Shown: one piece after another, positions 9,018-17,887 of the stretch
Numbering within the stretch: position 1 is the stretch's first letter
Layout: each line of letters opens with the position of its first letter
Source: Bacillota bacterium
Lineage (GTDB): Bacteria > Bacillota > Desulfotomaculia > Desulfotomaculales > Desulfotomaculaceae
Reading direction: 5' to 3'
DNA length: 64,000 nucleotides
Assembly (NCBI GenBank): GCA_040754595.1
Contig: JBFMCH010000065.1
Location: 6,270 to 70,269 of the forward strand
Position numbers and translations under genes: made by a program
The notes under the pieces: model-generated
Told to the model about the DNA's origin: nothing
Databases searched by the model: none
What the model saw: the letters and a program-made list of their open reading frames with translations, nothing else

Positions 9018-9461
9018 TTGGAAGTACCGGATATTCTAAATGCGCCGGCGAAACGCGGCAAGCATAATCATGAGGCCAACCTGGGGATTGTACTAAGGGA
9101 ACTGAGGGACAGCACTCAGGCAGGAGGGGTAACTCTCCAGCACCTGGTAAATGTATGTGGAGTCAGTAAGCGCCACATTTACCGTTATTTGAAAGAATTG
9201 GAGGAGATGGGTGTACCCATAGAAAGGCCGCAGATTATCCAACCGGGCAAGTTGGGCGTGGGGCGCTATAAATTAAAGGACAGTCAGGCCAATGAAGCGA
9301 TGGGTGAGACCATGCTGCTGGCGGCTTTAAATCAAATGCTGGAACGGTGCCATATTTACCACAATCAGATGGTGTTTTTAAAGGGTGTCATTGTTCAGAG
9401 CATGGCCATCCGTTACGGATTTAAGCTGCCACCGCATCTGATGATGCAGGGGGAACAGTAA
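9018..9461 (+). CDS. HTH regulator, short paralogue of the 1657-2469 N-terminus
   Basis: NLGIVLRELR..QAGGVTLQHLVNVCGVSKRHIYRYLKEL vs NLEIVLKELR..DQGGVSLEYLALACGVSTRQIYRYLREL. Confidence 0.75.
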   Translation: MEVPDILNAPAKRGKHNHEANLGIVLRELRDSTQAGGVTLQHLVNVCGVSKRHIYRYLKELEEMGVPIERPQIIQPGKLGVGRYKLKDSQANEAMGETMLLAALNQMLERCHIYHNQMVFLKGVIVQSMAIRYGFKLPPHLMMQGEQ

Positions 9462-9492
9462 TCTCAAAAATTTAATGAAAGTGTTAGAACGG

Positions 9493-9530
9493 AACCCTTT
9501 CTCGGATTGCTGAGAAAGGGTTTGTTTTTG
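9493..9530 (+). terminator. Intrinsic terminator
   Basis: AACCCTTTCTCGG-attg-CTGAGAAAGGGTT-TGTTTTT. Confidence 0.75.
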
Positions 9531-9877
9531 TTAAGAAAATCTTAAAGTTGCGAAACAAACATTAATATGAAGAAAGACTGAGTTATTTTACAAGAAACAC
9601 AGGTGCAAGTAAATATATCGGGCTGTACAGAATTAATTTAAATCTGTACTTTAGAGACACAAAAGTTTGTCATTACACGACATTAGATTTTTGTCACAAA
9701 AGACAAGACCTTATTCAGTTGTGCGTTGAGATAAATGGAGAAATTTTTTGACATACCATGAGGAGGTTTGTGTTTATCGTAACAAACTTTTGCCTGCAAC
9801 TCCGAGCACCCTTTTGACACAAAGCACCTGACCGATAAGCCTGTATTTGGAATTCAAACTGAAAAGGGGGAGGGTAC

Positions 9878-10246
9878 TTGAGCCAGCAGACATTACTGGA
9901 AAAACAAATATGCGAGGCCTTTATAAAATTCCAACGGGAACTGGTGGGGCGGGGACCGGAAACCACAAAGGCCATGATTTGCCGGGATATGGTGATTGTC
10001 CGTTCCAAAGGGGTCCTGACCAAAGAAGAAAAACATGTCAGCAGCACCCGGAAAGGCAGATCCCTGGTGAAGCAGCTAAGAATGGAGCTTCGAGAGTCTT
10101 ACCTGGAGCAAATTGAAAACATGGTTGCTGACCTAACCAAATGCCAGGTTGTCAGCAGTCACGGGGACATCAGTATCCGAACAGGGGAGCAAATAGAAGT
10201 TTTTATCTTAAACACAGACTTAGAAAGAAAAATAAAAACAAACTAA
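9878..10246 (+). CDS. DUF2294 / MpsC-like family protein (copy 2)
   Basis: Closely similar to 5524-5886; TTG start with GGGGAGG RBS. Confidence 0.85.
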   Translation: MSQQTLLEKQICEAFIKFQRELVGRGPETTKAMICRDMVIVRSKGVLTKEEKHVSSTRKGRSLVKQLRMELRESYLEQIENMVADLTKCQVVSSHGDISIRTGEQIEVFILNTDLERKIKTN

Positions 10247-10264
10247 CTGGCCTGAGACTTGGAT

Positions 10265-10390
10265 AAGGTCGCAGGCGAGTTAATAGGGTGGAATGTTGGT
10301 AGACCGGATGCGAAGCCGTAAGGCTTGGTATAAAGTAAACCAACGTTATCTTGGTTCATGATGGCCAAAATAGCGTTGGTTTTATTTTTT
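10265..10390 (+). ncRNA. Candidate riboswitch/attenuator leader, copy L2
   Basis: AAGGTCGCAGG...GTTGGTAGACC...GCGAAGCC-gtaa-GGCTTGGTATAAAGTAAACC overlaps terminator AACCAACGTTA(10338-10348)/TAGCGTTGGTT(10371-10381) followed by a U-tract. Confidence 0.6.
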
Positions 10391-10542
10391 GAGGGAGGGG
10401 AGGGCTGTACCCGGGCTCAGTCGCACGCAGCATCAGTAACAGCTTTACATACAGCACCTTTTACCGCTTCGTGAGTTGGAAGAAAAAATAAATGAGTGTT
10501 ATAACGTTAAGCACCTTTATTATTTTAGTCGAGGTGATTGCT

Positions 10543-11991
10543 ATGAGTAGTGAAGTAAAACGGTATTTCTTTGTGGTTCTCGGATTTGCTGCATTGTTAT
10601 TATTTTATTTTATGCCGTCCCTGGACCCTGCGGTGGACCCCATGGGCAAAAGCTTTGAACTTACACAGGCCGGTAAAGCCGGTCTGGGGCTGTTCCTGTT
10701 AGCAGGGATCTGGTGGGTTTTTGAAGTGGTTCCCATTGGTGTAACCAGTATTGCCATCGGCATTTTACAACCTGTATTTGGCATTCGTCCTGCAAAAGAA
10801 GCGTTTCGGGATTTTATGGACCCCACAGTCATGTTTATTTTAGGTTCACTGCTGGTAGGGCTTGCCTTTACCCAGTGCGGCATTACCAAAAGGATCGCCT
10901 ATAAGATGCTGGTGATTGTCGGCGAAGACACCAGAAAGATTTTGCTGGGTGTTTTTGTCCTGACAGCGCTGTTAACTCACGTCATGGCTCATACCGCTGT
11001 AGCAGGCACCATGTTTCCCATCTTGATGTCCATTTTGGCGCTGTATGGCGCTGAAGCGGGGAAGCCCAGTAAATTCGGTAAAGCACTGTTTATCGGCATG
11101 GCCTTTGCCGCCGGTGCGGGCAGTATTTGCACGTTGATGGGCGGGGCCCGGAACCCTGCAGCTGTCGGCTTCTTTAAAGAATTTACAGGACAGGATGTCA
11201 GCTTTTTAGAATTTTCCGCAGCCCTGGCGCCCTTTGGCTGGGCCAGCGTTTTTATGGTGTTCTTCTTAATGATTACCCTTTTTAAGCCTGAGAAACTACA
11301 GGTGCCCGGTCTACGCCAGCGCGCCCAGAACGAATTGGATAAATTAGGTCCCATTACCAAACAGGAAATTTTTGTACTTAGCGTGGTTACCATTGCCCTG
11401 TGCACCTTAATTTTCCAAAAGTTTATCCCGGCACTGAAGGGTATGGACCGGTCCGTGCCTTTGCTGGCAGCAGGCTTAATCTTCTTTATTACGAAGGTGC
11501 TTACTGTAAAAGAACTGGAAAAATCCATCCCCTGGAACATCATGCTGCTGTTCTCCGGGGCTATGAGTATCGGTTTTGCTCTATGGCAAACCGGGGCTGC
11601 CGAATGGATGGCTGTCAGCTGGCTATCCCTCATTAAAGATGCCCCCTGGTTGGTGTTCCTGCTAGGTATTTCCTTCCTGGTACTTATTTTAACAAACTTT
11701 ATTATGAACGTAGCGGCCATTTCCATTTGTCTGCCCGTCGCTCTGGTTATTGCCAAATACCTGGGCGTAAACCCGGAAATCGTTCTGTACTCTTCCGTAG
11801 CCATGTCTGGGATGCCTTTCCTGCTGTTGATCGGCGCCGCTCCCAATGCCATTGCTTACGAGTCCAGGCAATTTACCACCGGTGAGTTCTTTGTCACCGG
11901 TATCCCGGCAAGTTTAGCCATTCTCGCCATGGTGGCAATCTTCTCCTTAACCTTCTGGCCCATTATCGGCATTCCTGCTGTTCTTCACTAA
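10543..11991 (+). CDS. DASS/SLC13 family Na+:anion symporter (copy 2)
   Basis: Paralogue of 6162-7613; start ATG 10543 with GAGGTG RBS preferred over 10492. Confidence 0.88.
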   Translation: MSSEVKRYFFVVLGFAALLLFYFMPSLDPAVDPMGKSFELTQAGKAGLGLFLLAGIWWVFEVVPIGVTSIAIGILQPVFGIRPAKEAFRDFMDPTVMFILGSLLVGLAFTQCGITKRIAYKMLVIVGEDTRKILLGVFVLTALLTHVMAHTAVAGTMFPILMSILALYGAEAGKPSKFGKALFIGMAFAAGAGSICTLMGGARNPAAVGFFKEFTGQDVSFLEFSAALAPFGWASVFMVFFLMITLFKPEKLQVPGLRQRAQNELDKLGPITKQEIFVLSVVTIALCTLIFQKFIPALKGMDRSVPLLAAGLIFFITKVLTVKELEKSIPWNIMLLFSGAMSIGFALWQTGAAEWMAVSWLSLIKDAPWLVFLLGISFLVLILTNFIMNVAAISICLPVALVIAKYLGVNPEIVLYSSVAMSGMPFLLLIGAAPNAIAYESRQFTTGEFFVTGIPASLAILAMVAIFSLTFWPIIGIPAVLH

Positions 11992-11998
11992 TACCCGT

Positions 11999-12083
11999 GA
12001 ACCCCTGGTTACAAAACCAGGGGTTCTTAAAATAAAATGTTTTTAATTCTCTCATTGTAATGACAAGGGAATGGCATTATAAT
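11999..12083 (+). promoter_or_regulatory. Hairpin (11999-12026) followed by sigmaA-type promoter TTGTAA-N17-TATAAT (12055-12083)
   Basis: GAACCCCTGGTT/AACCAGGGGTTC; -35/-10 at 17-bp spacing. Confidence 0.55.
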
Positions 12084-12138
12084 ACTCATTGGTGACATGC
12101 GTGGTAATACCTTTAATTTATTTGCAGAGGTGATGTAT

Positions 12139-13422
12139 GTGGAAGGAAACAGCCAGGTCATTTTAGCGACTACCATATTTTTGGTAGCCTATGCCATTAT
12201 CATTTCAGAAAAGATTCACCGTACCGTTGTCGCCCTTTTTGGGGCGATGATTCTGATTATTGCCGGTGTGCTGCACCAGGACGAGGCGATCCATCATATT
12301 GACTTTAATACCATCGGGTTGCTGGTAGGTATGATGATTATCGTGGGAATTACCAGACGTTCAGGGGTATTTGAGTATTTGGCCGTGAAAGCTGCCAAGC
12401 AAAGCAAAGGCGAACCACTGGCCATCATGGTGTCCTTGTCCATTGTTACTGCCGTTTTATCTGCACTGCTGGACAATGTTACCACGGTTCTTTTGATTGT
12501 TCCGGTTACTTTTTCCATTGCCCGGCAGCTGGAAATTAACCCCATGCCCATTTTAATTGCTGAAATTCTGGCGTCCAACATTGGCGGTACTGCCACCCTG
12601 GTTGGTGACCCGCCGAATATTATGATTGGTTCGGCCGTCGGCATCGGTTTTATGGACTTTGTTATCAATCTGACTCCCATTGTAGCTCCCATTATGATTG
12701 TTACAATTTACCTGCTAAAATGGATCTACAGGAAGCAGTTTGTGGTTCGGGAAGAGTTAAAGAAAAATATTTTGGCCATGAATGAAAATGACGAAATTAA
12801 AGATCCCAAACTTCTCAAGCAGTCTCTCATCGTGCTTGCTCTGACCGTGCTAGGCTTCTTATTACACCAGTATGTCCACTTGGAGTCTGCTACCATTGCT
12901 CTGGCGGGAGCGGCTCTGCTGCTGTTAGTGACGCGCCAGGAACCCGAGCATGCTTTAGAAGCGGTGGAATGGCCTGTGATCTTCTTTTTTGCCGGCCTGT
13001 TCATCCTGGTGGGCGGTCTGGTAGAAGTTGGGGTCATTGAGTGGATTGCGGTGCAAGCCCTTGAATTAACCGGGGGCGAATTGCTGACCACAGGGATGTT
13101 AATCCTCTGGCTGTCAGCCATTGCATCTGCCTTTGTTGATAACATCCCCTTTGTTGCGACCATGATCCCTCTTATTCAAGATATGGGACGTTTAGGTGGC
13201 ATTACCGATCTGATGCCCCTGTGGTGGTCCCTTTCCCTGGGTGCTTGCCTGGGCGGTAACGGTACCATTATCGGCGCTTCTGCGAACGTAGTTGTTGCCG
13301 GTATGGCCGAGAAACAGGGTATTCACTTTACCTTCTTAGGCTTTATGAAGGTTGCCTTCCCGCTCATGCTGGTATCCATCGTTATGTCCACGGTGTATTT
13401 GTACTTCTTCTACTTAACTTAA
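12139..13422 (+). CDS. ArsB/NhaD family permease (copy 2)
   Basis: Paralogue of 7695-8978; GTG 12139 with GAGGTG RBS aligns to the paralogue start (MEGNSQ vs MEANSQ). Confidence 0.88.
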   Translation: MEGNSQVILATTIFLVAYAIIISEKIHRTVVALFGAMILIIAGVLHQDEAIHHIDFNTIGLLVGMMIIVGITRRSGVFEYLAVKAAKQSKGEPLAIMVSLSIVTAVLSALLDNVTTVLLIVPVTFSIARQLEINPMPILIAEILASNIGGTATLVGDPPNIMIGSAVGIGFMDFVINLTPIVAPIMIVTIYLLKWIYRKQFVVREELKKNILAMNENDEIKDPKLLKQSLIVLALTVLGFLLHQYVHLESATIALAGAALLLLVTRQEPEHALEAVEWPVIFFFAGLFILVGGLVEVGVIEWIAVQALELTGGELLTTGMLILWLSAIASAFVDNIPFVATMIPLIQDMGRLGGITDLMPLWWSLSLGACLGGNGTIIGASANVVVAGMAEKQGIHFTFLGFMKVAFPLMLVSIVMSTVYLYFFYLT

Positions 13423-13524
13423 TTTTACCGGCTGTTGGCCCGGTGATATGCAAATATCGCCGGGCTATTATATTTCTCACCGTCCGGGGGACAAATAGTA
13501 ACAGAAACGAGGGAGGGAATAAAT

Positions 13525-14433
13525 TTGGCTACTGCTGTCGCCACCGAAGTCACCTTAGAAGGAAAAAAGATCAAACTTACCAATTTAAACAAGCTAATGT
13601 GGCCTGAGGGCTTGACCAAAGCCCATTTGGTAAAGTATTATACGGACATTGCGCCCTACTTGCTTCCCTACATTAAAGGTCGTCCCCTGGTCATGAAGCG
13701 ATACCCCCATGGCATTGAGGGAGAGTATTTTTACCAGAAGGAGTGCCCCGACTACGCGCCGGATTGGGTGCAAACCGTAAGCGTCCCTCATACAGACAAA
13801 AGGGTCAATTACATCGTGTGTGAGGATGCTGCCACGTTGGTTTGGCTGGCCAACCAGGGATGTATTGAAATTCATGCATGGTTGTCACAGAAATCCAATG
13901 TGGAACACCCTGATATCGCCATCATTGACCTGGACCCAGGGGATCAGGCCAGTTTTAAGGATGTCATGGAAGTGGCCCTGGTGGTGCACCAGGCCTTAAA
14001 TCACCTCCGTTTAAAAGGCTATCCCAAAACTTCCGGAGCCAGCGGCATTCATATCTTCATTCCGTTGCAGCCCGTCCATACGTTCCAGGAAGTCACCAGG
14101 GCCATGGGTTTGGTGGCCAGACTGGTGGCCGGCACCTTGCCGGACAAGGCAACCGTTGAAAGATCACTGGAAAAGCGGGAACAGAACAAGGTGTATGTGG
14201 ACTACCTGCAAAATACCCGGGGTAAAAGCATGGCCTGGACCTACAGCCTAAGGCCGCTGCCCGGTGCGCCCGTTTCAACCCCCGTTCCTTGGGAAGAAAT
14301 TGAACACCTGGCCCTTAACCCGGCGGATTTTAACATGGCCACCATCTTTCGACGCCTGCAGTTGTTTGGGGACTTGCACCGGGACATGGCCAAGAACCCC
14401 CAGGATTTATCAGAAATCCTGAGCATGACATAA
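13525..14433 (+). CDS. ligD: Stand-alone LigD polymerase (primase-polymerase) domain protein
   Basis: KLTNLNKLMWP, LTKAHLVKYY, RYPHGI, FYQKE, IIDLDP, PKTSGASGIHIFIP, VYVDYLQN, YSLRP. Confidence 0.85.
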   Translation: MATAVATEVTLEGKKIKLTNLNKLMWPEGLTKAHLVKYYTDIAPYLLPYIKGRPLVMKRYPHGIEGEYFYQKECPDYAPDWVQTVSVPHTDKRVNYIVCEDAATLVWLANQGCIEIHAWLSQKSNVEHPDIAIIDLDPGDQASFKDVMEVALVVHQALNHLRLKGYPKTSGASGIHIFIPLQPVHTFQEVTRAMGLVARLVAGTLPDKATVERSLEKREQNKVYVDYLQNTRGKSMAWTYSLRPLPGAPVSTPVPWEEIEHLALNPADFNMATIFRRLQLFGDLHRDMAKNPQDLSEILSMT

Positions 14434-14520
14434 TTCATTTCGATAAAATTTAACACTTTGGAAGGAAAAACCAATTGCCATCCCGAAAGTGGTAGAAATC
14501 CAACTGCAGGGGTGGTCGGT

Positions 14521-15618
14521 TTGCAGAACCGTCAATATTGGATATACTGGCAAATGCTGATGCCCGGCGCCGGTCGCCGGGTCTGGGATTTGGTGAATTA
14601 TTTTGGCTCCCCGAAGCAGGCCTGGGAGGCTGCCGAGTCCGAATTGTCGGAAATCCCTTTTATCGGAAGGGACGACGCAAAAAAATTGGTTAAGCGGAGG
14701 GAAAGCTTACAGTACGGTAAGCTGGTTGAATACCTGAAGAAGTTGAACTGTGCCGTCTTCACCATTGAAGACGAGGCATACCCTTCTCTGCTGAAAACCA
14801 TTTATGACCCGCCGCCGGCCATTTTTGTCAGGGGCGCATTGCCCTCCGGTGAAAACGCTGCTTTAGCCATGGTGGGTTCCAGGCAGCCGACCCCTTACGG
14901 CTTGGCCGCGGCCGAATCCTTGGCCGGTGAATTGGCCGGGGCGGGGCTTACCATCATCAGCGGCATGGCCAGGGGAATTGACAGTGCGGCACACCGGGGG
15001 GCTTTAAAGGTGAACGGCAGCACCGTCGCTGTTTTAGGTTGCGGCCCCGATGTTGTTTACCCCAGGGAAAATGAGCGATTAATGAAACAAATCCTGGAAA
15101 AGGGAGCTGTACTGACGGAATTTCCCCCGGGCACCGCACCTAAACCCTGGCATTTTCCCTGTCGAAATCGAATCATCAGCGGGTTGAGCAGCGCTGTGCT
15201 GGTGGTGGAAGCAGCAGAAAAAAGCGGCGCCTTGATCACCGCCGATTTTGCTCTTGAGCAGGGCCGGGAGGTCCTGGCCATTCCGGGAAATATAAACAGT
15301 AGCAAAAGTGCCGGCGCCAATAAACTGATCCGGCAGGGTGCCAGACTTATCACAAGACCGGCCGATGTTCTGGAGGAATTGGGTCTGGGAGACATCTCCC
15401 TGCATAATCGTTGCGGCAAGGGATTGGATTGCGCCGGTTTAACCGGCAATGAGAAAAAAGTCATGCAGGCCCTGACACACCTGCCCATGTCACTGGAGCA
15501 GATTATTGACGAATGCCGTTTGGAACCGAAAGAGGTTGCCGCCGCGTTGACCGTTTTAGAGCTAAAGGGTTTCACCCGAATACTGCCGGGGAAGATGTAT
15601 GCGGCTGCCGGACTATAG
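14521..15618 (+). CDS. dprA: DNA-processing protein DprA
   Basis: AMVGSRQPT, ISGMARGIDSAAH, FPCRNRIISGLS, VVEAAEKSGALIT; start refined to TTG 14521. Confidence 0.93.
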   Translation: MQNRQYWIYWQMLMPGAGRRVWDLVNYFGSPKQAWEAAESELSEIPFIGRDDAKKLVKRRESLQYGKLVEYLKKLNCAVFTIEDEAYPSLLKTIYDPPPAIFVRGALPSGENAALAMVGSRQPTPYGLAAAESLAGELAGAGLTIISGMARGIDSAAHRGALKVNGSTVAVLGCGPDVVYPRENERLMKQILEKGAVLTEFPPGTAPKPWHFPCRNRIISGLSSAVLVVEAAEKSGALITADFALEQGREVLAIPGNINSSKSAGANKLIRQGARLITRPADVLEELGLGDISLHNRCGKGLDCAGLTGNEKKVMQALTHLPMSLEQIIDECRLEPKEVAAALTVLELKGFTRILPGKMYAAAGL

Positions 15619-15749
15619 AGTGTTCTAAAAGATTAGGAATTTTGATACATTGTAAAAGAAGTAAGGGACGGTAATAATAGTTCCAAGAGGAACGGAAACC
15701 CTTACTAACATGAGAGCTTGCTAGGCTTTCGTAAAATGGGGTGTACCGA

Positions 15750-17885
15750 TTGAGTAAAACACTTGTGATTGTTGAATCACCTGCCAAAGCTAAAAGCATC
15801 GGCAAATATCTAGGCAGAAATTATACCGTAAAGGCTTCCATGGGGCATGTGCGGGACCTGCCCAAAAGTCAATTCGGTGTAGATGTAGAAAATGATTTTT
15901 CTCCCAAGTACATCGCCATCCGGGGCAAAGGGGATATTATCAAGGAACTTCGCACCGCCGTCAAAAAGGCGGACCGGGTCCTGCTGGCCTCCGACCCTGA
16001 CCGGGAAGGGGAAGCCATTGCCTGGCACTTGACCAAGTTACTGGATATTAATGAAGACAGCCACTGTCGCATTGAGTTTAACGAAATTACGCCAAAGGCC
16101 ATTGAACAGGCAGTAAAACACCCGCGCCCCATTGACCTGGACAGGGTGCATGCACAACAGGCCAGAAGGATTTTGGATCGCCTGGTAGGATATAATCTAA
16201 GTCCCCTTCTCTGGCGAAAGGTAAAAAAGGGACTGTCGGCAGGCAGAGTTCAATCCGTTGCCGTCAGGCTGATTTGTGACCGGGAAGAGGAAATTCAGGC
16301 CTTTACTCCTGAAGAGTACTGGAGCCTTACGGCTAAATTAGTCAAGTCTGGAAAATCTCCCTTTGAGGCGAAGCTTCATAAATATCAAAACAAAAAGATC
16401 GAAATACTCAACCAGGAGACCATGGATAAAATTCTGGCTGACCTCAAGGGAGTTTCTTACGTTGTTGCCAGCGTGACCAGAAAGGAGAAACTGCGCCACC
16501 CAGCGGCGCCCTTTACCACCAGTTCGCTGCAGCAGGAAGCTTCCAGAAAGCTGAATTTTACTTCCCGCAAAACCATGGTGGTGGCCCAGCAGCTCTACGA
16601 AGGTCTGGACCTGGGCAAAGAAGGCCCGGTGGGCTTGGTCACGTATATTCGCACCGATTCCACCAGGGTTTCGGAAACGGCTGTGGAAGAGGCCAGAAAA
16701 TTCATTTTGGAAAGATTTGGACCGGCTTATCTTCCCAAGCAGCCAAGGCAGGTGGCGTCCAAGGGCAAGGTGCAGGATGCCCACGAGGCCATCCGCCCCA
16801 CATCGGTGAACCGTGATCCGGAAAGCATCAAAGAGTTTTTAACCAACGATCAATACAAGCTTTATAAACTGATCTGGTCAAGATTTGTGGCCAGCCAGAT
16901 GGCGCCGGCGGTCATTGATACCACCAGCATGGACATCGCCGCAGGAGACTATATTTTCCGGGCCAGCGGCTCCATCGTCAAGTTTCCAGGATTTATGCAG
17001 GTCTATATTGAAGGAAATGATGACGGCACCAAAGAAGAAGAAAAACTGCTGCCGGAACTGGCAGAAGGGGATAAGGTACAGGCCAAGTCGTTAACACCCA
17101 AGCAGCACTTTACCCAGCCACCGCCCCGCTATACCGATGCCACCCTGGTGAAAGTATTGGAAGAAAAAGGCATCGGGCGCCCCAGCACCTATGCGCCCAT
17201 TGTGGAAACCATTCAAAAGCGCGGCTATGTGGTGAGGGAAAACAAACAATTCTATCCCACGGAACTGGGCATGATTGTGGTGGATCTGCTGAAACACCAT
17301 TTCCCGGAAATCATAAACATAGAGTTTACGGCCGATATGGAAGAAAAATTGGACCAGATTGCCGAAGGCGAACAATGGTGGGCGGGTGTCTTAAAAGAAT
17401 TCTACGAACCCTTCTCCAAGACCCTGGAAGCGGCCGAGGAAAAAATCGGCAAAGTTGAAGTTGCCGATGAAGTGACGGAAGAGGTCTGCGAACAGTGCGG
17501 CAGAAATATGGTTATAAAACTGGGACGGTACGGAAAATTTCTGGCCTGCCCCGGTTTCCCCGAATGCCGCAACACCAGGCCGCTGCTGGAGCCAACGGGA
17601 GTAAACTGTCCCAGGTGTGAAGGCGAAATGGTATTGAGACGCAGCAAAAAAGGGCGCAAGTTTTACGGCTGCAGCCGTTATCCTGAATGTGAATTTGTTA
17701 CCTGGGATACGCCCACACAGGAGAAGTGTCCCCAATGCGGCGAAATGATGGTAGAAAAAATGAACCGCAGTCGAGAAAAACTGCTGCAATGTGTGAACGA
17801 ACACTGTCCAACTAGAGGAGAAACCGGTACTTCTGAAAAGAAGGGTGCCGTAAAGAAGAAAAAGGCTGTCAGCAAGAAGAAGTAA
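15750..17885 (+). CDS. topA: DNA topoisomerase I
   Basis: LVIVESPAKAK, SAGRVQS, TYIRTDS, C-terminal zinc ribbons; start TTG 15750. Confidence 0.97.
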   Translation: MSKTLVIVESPAKAKSIGKYLGRNYTVKASMGHVRDLPKSQFGVDVENDFSPKYIAIRGKGDIIKELRTAVKKADRVLLASDPDREGEAIAWHLTKLLDINEDSHCRIEFNEITPKAIEQAVKHPRPIDLDRVHAQQARRILDRLVGYNLSPLLWRKVKKGLSAGRVQSVAVRLICDREEEIQAFTPEEYWSLTAKLVKSGKSPFEAKLHKYQNKKIEILNQETMDKILADLKGVSYVVASVTRKEKLRHPAAPFTTSSLQQEASRKLNFTSRKTMVVAQQLYEGLDLGKEGPVGLVTYIRTDSTRVSETAVEEARKFILERFGPAYLPKQPRQVASKGKVQDAHEAIRPTSVNRDPESIKEFLTNDQYKLYKLIWSRFVASQMAPAVIDTTSMDIAAGDYIFRASGSIVKFPGFMQVYIEGNDDGTKEEEKLLPELAEGDKVQAKSLTPKQHFTQPPPRYTDATLVKVLEEKGIGRPSTYAPIVETIQKRGYVVRENKQFYPTELGMIVVDLLKHHFPEIINIEFTADMEEKLDQIAEGEQWWAGVLKEFYEPFSKTLEAAEEKIGKVEVADEVTEEVCEQCGRNMVIKLGRYGKFLACPGFPECRNTRPLLEPTGVNCPRCEGEMVLRRSKKGRKFYGCSRYPECEFVTWDTPTQEKCPQCGEMMVEKMNRSREKLLQCVNEHCPTRGETGTSEKKGAVKKKKAVSKKK

Positions 17886-17887
17886 GA

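Noticed and set aside
10989-11852. Long antisense ORFs over transporter and housekeeping genes (e.g. 10989-11852, 49964-50875, 55718-56542)
   Set aside because: Typical stop-poor antisense frames of real genes, with no RBS or domain motifs.
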